Shown one piece after another: positions 36,401 to 48,400 of a stretch of DNA of 64,000 bases. The translations under genes and the position numbers were made by a program. The notes below the pieces were generated by a model. That model was given only the letters and a program-made list of their open reading frames with translations, was not told the origin of the DNA and did no database searches. Each line of letters opens with the position of its first letter. The first letter of the stretch is position 1. Source of the DNA: Heterodontus francisci (Eukaryota); NCBI RefSeq assembly GCF_036365525.1, contig NC_090371.1, forward strand, positions 94,334,211 to 94,398,210. Reading direction: 5' to 3'.

Positions 36401-39400
36401 TCTGTTCTTGTCAGTTCTCTTTTGTAACAATCAGAATCAAAGCAAATCCAAAACACAAAATAACCCAAACTGTGGAAATTCAAATTAATTTGCTGAATAT
36501 CTAAATTTGGTTCAGTTTAATTGCTTTGCTTTTAAATAGCATGGTGAGCTCAGTTTCTGATCCCACATCCTCTCCATGACTAAAACCGTCTAATTCCAGC
36601 TCTGTAACATTGCCTGTCTCTACTCCTGCCTTAACTTAAGCTTCTGTCAAAACCCTCATCCATGCCTTTGTCACCTCTGGATTTGAGTATTCTGATGCTC
36701 TACTGGCTGGCCTCCCATCCTCTGCCCTCCAGCTCATCCAAAATTCTGTAGAAAGGTCATCAACCTGAAACATTAACTCTGGTTCTTTCTCCAAGATGCT
36801 GCCAGCCCTGCTGAATATTTCTAGCATTTACTATTTTTATTTCATTCAAAAAACCTTGCTGTCCTTATCCTAACCTGCACTATGTCTAGCTCACTCATCA
36901 CCCCTGTGCTCAGTGCCTCAGTCCCCACAATGCCTCCAATTTCAGGCAACATCCTGACCTGCTGAGTATTTCCAGCACCTTCTGTTTTTATTTCAGATTT
37001 CCAGCATCTGCATATTTTGCTTTTACCTCCAGTTTAAAAAATTTCTCCTCATTTTAAATTCTGTTCATGGCCTTGCCCCTCCCTATCTCTAACATCCTCC
37101 AGCCTTACAACCTTCCAAGAACTCTGTGTTCCTCCAACTCTGGCTTCTTGTGCATCCTCCACTCCCTTCACCCCACCTGAAGCCCTAAGCTTTAGAATTC
37201 CCATCCTACACCTCTCTGCCTCTCCAGTTCTCTCTCCTCATTTAAAACCTTCCTTAAAGCCTACTTCTTTGACCAAGTTTTTTTTTTATCACCCGTCTTC
37301 TACATCTCCTTTAATTTAGTGTCAATTTATGTCTGATTATGCTTCTGTGAAGCTCCTTGGGATGTTTTTCGACCTTGAAGGTTCTATATAAATGCAAGTT
37401 GTTGTTGTTATTGTTGATAATATGAATAATAATATATGAATAATAATGCCATCTGCTATTTTATGTACAGCATGATGTGTGGGTGTGGATACAGTGGCAT
37501 AGAGATTGTTACTGGTAATGCAGAGGCCTGGACTAATGATCCAGAGACATGAGTTCATATCCCAGTTCGTGAGTTCAATTCAGTTAATTAAATAAATCTG
37601 GAATAAAAACTAATATCAGTTTCATGGTCACCATTACTATCAGATTGTTCTAAAAATCCATCTGGTTCACAAAGGTCCTTTAGAGAAGGAAATCTGCTGT
37701 CCTTCCTTAGTTTGGCCTATATGTCACTCCAGACCCACAGCAATCTAAGCTGCCCTCTGAAATGGCCTAGCAAGCTGGGCTTTTCAGCAATATTCTGTGA
37801 ATTAATAAAAGTGTATATGCACGATAATATTAGGTGAGGAGTTCCAAGACTGAATTACAGAGATGTGTATTGGTAGTTTTTTTCAGTTGGCAGTCCCATG
37901 GAGCATCCATATAAAAGCAAAATACTGCGGATGCTGGAAATCTGAAACAAAAACAAGAAATGCTGGAATCACTCAGCAGGTCTGGCAACATCTGTGGAAA
38001 GAGAAGCAGAGTTAACGTTTCGGGTCAGTGACCCTTCTTCGGAACTGACAAATATTAGAAAAGTCACAGATTATAAACAAGTGAGGTGGGGGTTGGGCAA
38101 GAGATAACAAAGGAAAAGGTGCAGATTGGACCAGGCCACATAGCTGACCAAAAGGTCACGGAGCAAAGGCAAACAATATGTTAATGGTGTGTTGAAAGAC
38201 AAAGCATTAGTACAGATTAGGTGTGAATATACTGAATATTCAGTATATTCACACCTAATCTGTACTAATGCTTTGTCTTTCAACACACCATTAACATATT
38301 GTTTGCCTTTGCTCCGTGACCTTTTGGTCAGCTATGTGGCCTGGTCCAATCTGCACCTTTTCCTTTGTTATCTCTTGCCCCACCCCCACCTCACTTGCTT
38401 ATAATCTGTGACTTTTCTAATATTTGTCAGTTCCGAAGAAGGGTCACTGACCCGAAACGTTAACTCTGCTTCTCTTTCCACAGATGCTGCCAGACCTGCT
38501 GAGTGATTCCAGCATTTCTTGTTTTTGTTCCATGGAGCATCCAGTTCCTAATAGCTCTATTAGAATCACTAATAGTCTAGCACTGAATGGAGGACAATAA
38601 CATGTTATAGTGATAATAGTGCATCTGCTAACTTCTTGTTAGCTCAGTGGTGATAAACAGACTTGTGGTAGTGATGTATTCCTTCCTTCCTTTTAGCTAA
38701 ACGTAAAATAGCAGTAGTTTCAAATTCAAGTCAAACTGCTCTATAACCTTCTCGTTACAAAGCCTTGTTTAGGCCATTTTCTCACCCCTATAAATCTATT
38801 TAGCATCTGGTAAAATCATGAAGTCAGCTTTGTACTGTTAGAATTGTGTGGTTACTCAGGTCTCACTTAGCAGCAACAAAACAACCAAACTGAAACTGCA
38901 ATATCTTTAACTATTCTAAGACATAATCTTTTTTTTAATTACAGGCAAATTTTAATTCAATAGGCTTAATTATAACTGCGACTCTCACAATTGAAGACTC
39001 GCCGCTAGTAGTACTGAGCAAAGCAATGGAAAGAAGGACTGTGAGTAGTTATCTTCTTACTTTATTTATCATTACCTATGGCTTCTGAGGATTTGGGTTT
39101 TGACACCAGCTGGCTCTCATTAAAGGCTTGTTTGTCCATCATAACCTCAGAAAATGAACCACAAAAATGCCAAGGATAAGATATAAACAGTGTCTAGGTT
39201 TCTATGGCTCTTCCACTGAAGCTATGGTGTATATGTGGGCAAATCCCTGTAGAAATCCCCCTGTGGATACAGTCAACTAAGATGGAGATTGTAATCACTG
39301 AGTATAAGGAGTCATTCAGTGTGGAAGCTGAGACAAGAAGGAAAGTACCTCAGAGAGGAACTCAAGATGGGGCTTGAGGGCAGTAGACAATCAAAGTATC

Positions 39401-42400
39401 AAAAGAGAGGCAAAAGTGATGGAACAGAGTTGGGCGCTCGAAGGAGAATAGGGGAGAGGTCAAAGTGTAATTTGCTGATGAGAACTATGCTGCCACTGTG
39501 GTGAATTGGGCAGACCAGGAGATGGAAAGTATAATCAGGCAGGGTTAGAGTAAGAGGCAAGATATTGCCACCAGTGAGTTAGATTTCATTCAAAGCCAGG
39601 ATGTCAACAAATCATGCACAATAAGATTGTGGATGGCTTGGGTCTTGTGCACGAGTGAACAAATGTTCTGGAGGGAACTGCGGAGAAGGGCAGTGACTGC
39701 TCCAAGAGGTAGTGGTGGGTGGCATGAATGGAATGGGAAGAAGGTCGGCAATGTTCACAACCAGTTGGTTGTGAAGACTGGAGAGAAAGGATTATGGGGC
39801 AGTTGGGATTACTGTTCTTAACCAGGCAGTGATGGGTTTCACAATGGAGTCTTTGTAGAATGCTAAAAGAAGCACAGAAGGTAGTCGTGGGCTTGTTCAG
39901 AGGGAAGTCTAGCCTGTACAGTTGCAGGAAAAAATACAGGATGAAGAGCAGTGATAGGCTGAGGTAGGGATGTTAGGAGAGGCAAAGTACCTGAGAGGGG
40001 TGAAATGAAAGGTGGCTTATCTGGGAGAGTAGAGAAGACAGAAGTGCCTGGGAAGGGCCAAGAAGGGAAGATGGAAGTAATGAGCTTGTGTTGGGGAGGC
40101 AGCCAAAATGCATCTGGAAATAGGAACTAAGGGAATTGAAGATGCTACTTTTACATACGGAGCTGATGATTTCCACAAGCTGAAATGAAAGGAAAATAGT
40201 CTTATCCTCTCCATAGGAAAACTGGGATTTGTAACATTGTGGGAGGATGTTCTTTGTGGGGCAGATGAGAAATGTGGAAAGGGCATGGCGAAACATCAGA
40301 AGGGGAATTATACCCTCATTGCAATACTATATAATATGCTGCTGTAACTCTCTATTAGCATGATGCGCAACTCCTATTAACAGCCATGAGAGGTCAGTCA
40401 CTTAAGCCCCGACTTGAACTTGATGCGAGAGTCACGTGAGCAGGATCAAGGTGAATAGCAAACCATTCTGACCTTGGCAGTGTATGGCCCAGGAGACTGG
40501 GCCTCATCAATCTCCGGCCCAATGCTGACAGGAAGTGGCAGCTGGCCAGCCTACAGGAATGGGATGTTGAACAGTGTTCTTCTGTACTCCCACTAACATC
40601 TATAATGAGCACCTTCATAATAACTGCTGAGAAGTATTTGTGCCATAGAATCAGACCCATGTTACTCCCACACTGTCATCTTTCAGTCTTGTCATTATTT
40701 GCTTCCGCTCCGAGCAAACACTCATATTCCTAAATTAACAATTCTCCGTGCAAGCTCTCCTACTCATGTACATGTTCGACCTAATCAACTTTAGTGACCA
40801 CTCCCATGTTGTCAATCAAGGCTATCTCTGACTGCTGTTCCAAGCATTTTCTCCCTCTGACCCATCTGCCCCCCACCTCCTGAACCCACTCTGCCAGATA
40901 TAATTCCCCTGCAAAGCTAGGAGAGTGCATCTAAATTATACAAAGTGACGAGCTGCTAGGAAACTGGCTGAAGTAAAAATTGTATCCTTCATGTTGGCTG
41001 AAATCTGCCGTGCCAAATATATAATGAAATTCTGCAATAGTGGAAGATTCAGGCTTTCTGTAATTTTGTAAGGTTTGTCCCCCTTACAGGAACGCACGTG
41101 GCAACAAAGTTCAGTTGTAAAACTACTTTATTGAGGCAAAGTCAGAACAAATTTATTAAGTTTCATGCAGATGACAATAAACTCTGGCAATGATTTTCAG
41201 TTTAATGCGGTGTTACAACCAGGTGAGGAGGGGGTCTCAGGCTCCCTTACGCCCCTTCTGCGGTTTGATTGCAACAGGGTTTATCCTTTTCACACAGTGA
41301 TTTAACTTACCACCTCAGTGAACTCTTGCTCCTGTTCCTCTAAGTTAATGCAAATGAACCAATCAAACAGGTTTTCTTGAGTTTAAACAAGCAAGTTGCA
41401 AGTTTATTATTCTTATCACTCTAAACTGATTAAAAANNNNNNNNNNNNNNNNNNNNNNNNNNNNNNNNNNNNNNNNNNNNNNNNNNNNNNNNNNNNNNNN
41501 NNNNNNNNNNNNNNNNNNNNNNNNNNNNNNNNNNNNNNNNNNNNNNNNNNNNNNNNNNNNNNNNNNNNNNCTGAAGCTTAGTCCCAGAGTCCTTAGCTGA
41601 AGTCGTAGTCCTGAGGTCCTCGCTAGAACACGTGTACGGGTTGGTCTTCTCAGGTTCTGGAAGGCAGAAGAGGGGATTTATTCTTGCCCTCAGGTTGCTG
41701 ACTGTAAGGATCATAGAAAGTTTAAGGCACAGAAAGAGGTCACTTGGCCCATCGTGTCTGTGCTGGGTCTGTAGACATGTCTTCCACCAGCTGCAGCTTG
41801 AGGCTTCTCTGGATCTCTACTGGAGAGAGAGAGGGAGAGAGAGAAATGCTGTTCCTTTGATGATTTACAGTTACTGTCTGCCTTCTGAGTCACCGCACAA
41901 ACTCCCAGGGGTGCACAAGCAGTCACATGACACCACCCCTTTGTGTTTGAATCAGAATCTTCCAGAATGGTCTCTGAAATTCAAGGCTGTTCTCGAGTTG
42001 TTCAGACGTACTTGGTGTGTGTGGGCGGGTGGGGGGGTTGGCTCATTCAAAGTCAATGGTGTTGATGGCTTTTGATGATCAACATTGACAACGCTATCTC
42101 AGATAAATGAATCAGAAAGCACCCCATTGTTCTGGCTAGGCTGAGTAATCACATCTGCCTCCATCTTAATCCTTTGTTTTTTTCATATGCAAATTGTGTG
42201 TGGCCATCTTGGCTGCTAGCTGCTCTGTTTGTAAAAGTTATTTGTAACAATGTCCAGTAGAAGGCTCAGGCAAAGGTCCACATGATTTGGCACGTAGGGT
42301 TTTCATCACAATGGGCTATAGCACCCGTATTAAGTCTTCTTGGAAGAATGCCGTCTCCTCTTGCTTCTTTGGTCTTCAGGCTTCTTTCTCTTTCTCTCTC

Positions 42401-45400
42401 ATTTCCTGTCTTCTGATCTCTGGTTCTTCTCCACCACACAGGCGCGATCGGGAGGGTCTCTTTTATCCTGGCTGTTATCCAACTAACCCCTTCCAGTGCC
42501 CAATCATGCTAATCCCCATGGTGGTCATGCTCTGTGCTTGCTTTTCTCGACCAATCACATGCATTCCATGTTAGCTGCATTAGCCTAGACATGATCACGT
42601 AAAGTTCTCCATATTCACCATTGTTCTACTTCCTCTGATCTCAATCTGCTATATCCTGTGGCCTCTTATCTGCTCTTTTAGATTGTGTGAGCAATTTAAA
42701 GTTCCTAGCTTTTTAGTAGCTGCAAGTATTATAAAGTCTGATATCGTTTCCCATGATCTTTCTGCCTTGGCATATTTTATATCATGCCCTATTTCTGCAT
42801 TTTCCTACCTCACTATACTACAAAAGGGGTCTTAATAAAGCTCAGTGTTAATAATCTTCCACTTCAGCTCCAAGCAAACACTTTAGCTTTTACTAAATGC
42901 ATGACCTTTATTTGAGTGTGATGTTTAGAGTTGCTATTTAGAACTAAGTGAATCCAGGAGAAACCATGGAGAAAAAATTCATTTGTATGACAAAGAACAA
43001 AAAATTCTACAGGCAAGAGCACAACTCAAAGCTCAGAAAGGGAAAGTTGACTAAATGTTTCAGTTTCACCATGTTGAATGTAAACAGCGAACAGAGGCAG
43101 TGGAAGGAAATTCAGAAGACAGCTGGATAATGTTTTGGTGGAGGATATGATGACGGGATATAAGAAGTAAAATATAGGATGGTAATTCTGGAACTGGCCA
43201 CATGATACTTATCCAGTTTTAAAAGTCTAGCTCCCGTCAGTCATATTTATTTCCTTATCATTTGAATATGTAGAATTAAATATTAAGATTATTCATGATG
43301 TTCAGAACGCTTATCCTTAGCTTAATTTAACCAAATGTTAATGAAATGCTTACAACTTGCAGGTGACTTTAACTGTGTCAAAAGAGTCCCATGGAGGTGT
43401 TCCAATCTGGGTGATTATACTGAGTGTTCTTGCTGGCCTGCTTCTTCTAGCACTTGCAATATTTGCACTGTGGAAGGTAAGTGCATCTTGTATTATGCGT
43501 AAATTTCATTGCAACCTCCCCTTTACAGCAATTACAAAATGCAGGGTCTAGCCTCCCAGTCAATTTTTCTTCCATTTGCCCCTCTTATCACCACTTCCTG
43601 GGACCACTTGATGAAAGAAAAACTGCATACAACCATTGGATCAAAATATTATAGCATTTAAAAAATACTCTCAGCAGGAGTCAAGACAGCGTGAGCAATA
43701 TAAATACTGATACTTTCTATCACAGTTTGCACTCGGGTTTTAATGTCTGACAGGGATTCATTGTGTAGGGGGTGCAGATGTATCCCGAATGTGTATTCGA
43801 GTATGCTATAGCCAGCTCTGCTAGCAGCCTCCTGAGCTCTGACTTTTAAACTTTAAAACCATCTCCCCACTAACATATCATGATATCAGATCTTGTTCTG
43901 ATTTAGAATTTATCCAGCAGCAGCTTTTTCCAAACACTCAGGCCATGACATTCAAACAGACAAAAAAAACAAGAAATATAAATGCAAATAGTTGCATGGG
44001 ATTTGAGGGCTAGATTACATGAGCTTGAGGGATGTATGTGGCCCATGGGCTACAGTTTGAACATTCCTGACCTGGAACAATACCTAAAGATACATTAAAC
44101 TGAAACCTAATGAAGCTCAGAAGTGAAATGGCTGATAGACATTTTGGTGGTTATTTTGGTGAAAAGGTGAAAACATGTACTAAATGGATGCTAAATAAAA
44201 CAGTTTTGATCCTAATCGATAATTGTCATAATCTGAATTTGCCTCGAGGTGCTGCAGATTTAGCACTCAAGCACTGATCAGAAACAATTTTCATGGAGCT
44301 GGATTTGTGGGCTCTGCGCATCCTCTTCCACTGAAGGTGTGGAGTGTGCAGGCTGACATACAGCAGCACATTGCCGAATGACTCAGGGACTGAGTGAAAG
44401 TGTGCACAGGTTCTCAGACATTGCACTGGAGGTCCTGGTGAAGGGGGTCCAAAGGAGGAAGGATGTCCTGCACCCACAGGGGGGAAAGGAAAAAAGAAAA
44501 ACTTGCATTTATATAGAACCTTTCGCAACCTCAGGATGTCCCTAAGTGATTTAGAGACAAGGAAGTACTTTTTGAAGTGTAGTCACTGTTGTAGTATAAG
44601 AAACACAGCAAACAGTGAGTTTGCAGCAACCTCTCTCAAACAGCTATGTGATGATGACCAAATAATCTGGGCAGGATTTTGCATTTTGGGTCAGGATCCC
44701 AACGTCAGGGTCAAATGGGAGTACTGACCCCGCAATGTGCCGGGAACAGTCACCCAACAGCGAGTTTCCCTAAATTGTCCAATTATTGGCTAGAGAACAC
44801 ACTTGCCTTCCAATTAAGGATGGTGAGCATGCTCTTGAAGCTGGAGGGCCAATAGGAGACCCTCCAGCACAGAAGGAGCTGCAGCCTGCCATTGCAGGTA
44901 AGGGAGAGAGAGGGCGCTTCCATCTTGAGATACCTTCTCAGCAACTTTAAACATAATGAAATAATAAATGGCCACAGCTCCTGGGCCAACATTGTGGAGG
45001 GAAAACCCCTCCACAGGATGGCCCGTGGCTGCAGCTGGGGCCAGATAGGCCGGGGGTGGGGCGGGGGCACCGGGGTACGGGCTCAGAGCCTACCTTGGAG
45101 CACTGGCCCCAGGTCTGCTGCTGGGAGAGCAGGCAGCTGCCGTGCCTCCAACACACGAGAGGCCTGCAGGCCGAATGAAAATTTCCAGTCTGATAATTGG
45201 CCTTAATTGCAGGGGGTCACCGTTCTACCCCTGATCCGACCGCAGGAAAAATGCTTTAGGGGCTGGGTGGTGTCGGCAAACTAGCCCTCTGGCTGGTAAC
45301 TTGAAATTACACTCCTGCTCACCTCCATTCTCTTCCCCCATATCAAGAAGAAAATTCTACTCTGTTTCTGTGATGTTGACTGAGGAATAAATATTGGCCA

Positions 45401-48400
45401 GAACGCCAGAGATAACTTCCCTTACCCTCTTCAAAATAGTACCATGGGATCTTTTACATCCACCTGGGAGGGCAGACAGGGCCTCTGTTTAACATCTCAT
45501 CCAAAAAACAGCACTTTCAATAGTGCATTAGTCCTTCAGCACTGCACTGGAGTGTCAGCCTAGATTTTTGTGTTCAAACCTCTGGAGTCTCATTTGAACT
45601 CACAATCTTCTGAGTTAGAGATGAGAATGCTATCAAATGAGCCACAGCCGACTCCAGCTCGCTCTCCTGTCCCTCTTTCCTGTAGCAGCTGGTGCTACTC
45701 TACCTAGCTTCATGTCCTCCTACCATTCCTCCTGCAGATTAAGGGGAACCCCAAGCAAGATGCCCATGACCAAACATTCCCTTTCTCCTAGTGAGGCACA
45801 GTATCACAGCAGCTACTCTTTTTAGGTGAAGTCCTTGACGAATTTTTGAAATGAATATTGTTAGAGTTTTGGTGAAGTCGTGACAGGGTGTCCTAGAAAG
45901 TCTCCCAATGTGTTTCGTAAGTCTTCCTTAAACATCCAGCAGCATGTGAACTGTAAAAGCTGATATACCTTTAAGTAGTGCTCGAAGCCATCAGCAACAA
46001 CTTTAGTCCTATTCAGATGGGTGCTGTTCAGATGGGGTGTTAGGTCAAGTGCTATCCACCAGTCTCATTAATGAGCACTAGCAGGCAATTTAAGTAGTAA
46101 TTAGCTTCTTAATAATCCCCCGGGTGACCTCTTCTAGCATATGCTACGACTCCCTTACCAAGATGGCACCTTGTACTAAGCACAGACTAAAATAGCATTT
46201 TAGTTCAAGACTCCCTCTTGCCCACCTCGGGGGTTCTTCACCATCTGAAGGGGTCTTTGAAAGCCACCCCCACAAGATTTAACACAGAGGGTAGGAAGTA
46301 TATGGAACAGATTGTCAAGAAAAACAATGCTGTGTCCATAAATTCAAGAGAGTTTAGGTAGTTCTTTGATGAAAGCGGTAATTAGGTAGTATGAGATGGA
46401 GGAGGGAACCTTCTCCTTCCGTTTAAGGTGGAAGTTGAAGTTTTCCGCCTATATCTTTTCATTTTCAGGTTTGGCTCCCATTTGAATGTATCCAGCAAAC
46501 TGTGGGCACTAAACAAGCATTCTGCTGTGGCTCACTAATCATGGGAGGATGGGGTATCGTCCCACCAGCAGGTCAGGTCTGGGTGGTGACAGGACAGTTA
46601 TTCCTGACTTGGGCCAGCAGCAGGCCACAGTATTTTCGTGAAGCCAGGTGAGAAATGGGTTATGGGACAGTGAGTGAAATTCGTATTTAGTTGGCCACCA
46701 CCTGGTCCACCTTTGACTTGAAGTTGTTCGGCTGTTTGAATAGAGTAATAAAGGCCAGCATTTCATGAACTTAATTGGCCAGCTACCTCAGGGGTCACAA
46801 CTGACTCCTGCAGCTCACTGGTGCTATCCTAATGAGGCTGGCGGACCAGCTCGTTTAGGCACATAGAGCGAGCATTTCAATTCGGGCATGATCCAATTGC
46901 TAGGCTGTGATTTAAAAAGTTGATACTTGCAGCATAACATGGTTCATACCACTAGAAAATAATGTAAAAGAGAATATTTTTAAAAATTACAACATAAGTT
47001 ATGCATCGCCTTCTGAAATCTTTGAAATATCATTAATCTGATGCGATATGCTGCACAATATCACAGCGGTGGACTATGCTTTATTTTGCTTTTAGCTCTG
47101 CATTATTCCATCCACACAGTACATTTCCCCATGATTTCAATTGGGCAGTGTTCACAATATGGCTCAACTTTCCCATACAAAATTGAGCTGCGACAAGATT
47201 AAGGTTGTGAGGTCCACAGCCACATTCCCACCTCATCAAGTTCCCTTCGTCGCAGCTCTGGCTGCCCATTCCCTGCCTGCCACATTTGAATGTTGGTAGG
47301 GTGGCATTGTCCAGCAAGCTACCCCATTACCCTGCTAAGCACTTTTTTTAATATTTGTTTTGTGGGATGTGGTTGTTGCTGGCTAGGCCAGCATTTATTG
47401 CCCATCCCTAATTGCCCTTGAACTGAGTGAGTGGCTTGCTAGGCCATTTCAGAGGGCATTTTAAAAGTCAGCCACATTGCTGTGGGCCTGGAGTCACATG
47501 TAGGCCAGACCAGGTAAGGATGGCAGATTTCCTCCCTAAAAGTGGACCAGATGGGTTTTTACAAAAATCGACAATGGTTTCATGGTCACTATTAAACTAG
47601 CTTTTTTTTAATTCCAGATTTATTCATAGAATCATAGAAGGTTTATGGCACAGAAAGAGGCCACTTGGCCCATCGTGTTTGTGCCAGCTGAAAAACATCC
47701 TACACATTCTAATCCCACCTTCCAGCATTTGGTCTGTAGCCCTGCACATTACGGCACTTGAGGTGCATATCCGACTTCTTTTGAATGAGTTGAGGGTTTC
47801 TGCCTGAACTACCCTTTCAGGCAGTGAGTTGCAGAACCCCCCCCACCCTCTCCCTATGTTAATCATATCCAATACTTCACACCCCTCTTCCTTAACTACA
47901 ATATCTGCATCGTCCCCCTCATTTGCAAGGACAGACGCAAAGTATTCATTAACAGCAATACCAACATCTTCCACCCCTACACATAGGTTACCTTTTTGGT
48001 TATTAATTGGATTCAAATTTCACCATCTGCCATATTGGGATTCGAACCCATATCCCCAGAGCATTAGCCTAGGCTCTGGATTACTAGTTGAGTGACATTA
48101 CCACTATACCACCGTCTCCCGAGTAATTTCCCAGAGATCCCAAGGAAAAGGTGGCAATACTCCTTGTAACAGCAGTAGTAAGAACCTAAGACACTGCAAG
48201 AAGGGCGAGGTCTAGTAGCGGGCACTCCTCCCTCCATAACAGCCCCAATCACTAACCTTATTAGGCCTTAACCAAGACTTAAAATAAATTACCTCTGTTC
48301 CTTTGCAGGGCTGTTCTGGGCACCTTAAATCCTTTGCTGCCTTATCAGTTGCTTGAGTGGCATTGTCACTTGTAACGTCTAAGGCGGGAGGAGTACACTG

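Noticed and set aside
38071-38404. Two nearly identical 71-aa ORFs on opposite strands (38071-38286 and 38189-38404)
   Set aside because: They are a by-product of the palindrome; no start context, splice sites or recognisable domain.
41396-41714. ORFs spanning X residues
   Set aside because: Artefacts of the N gap.
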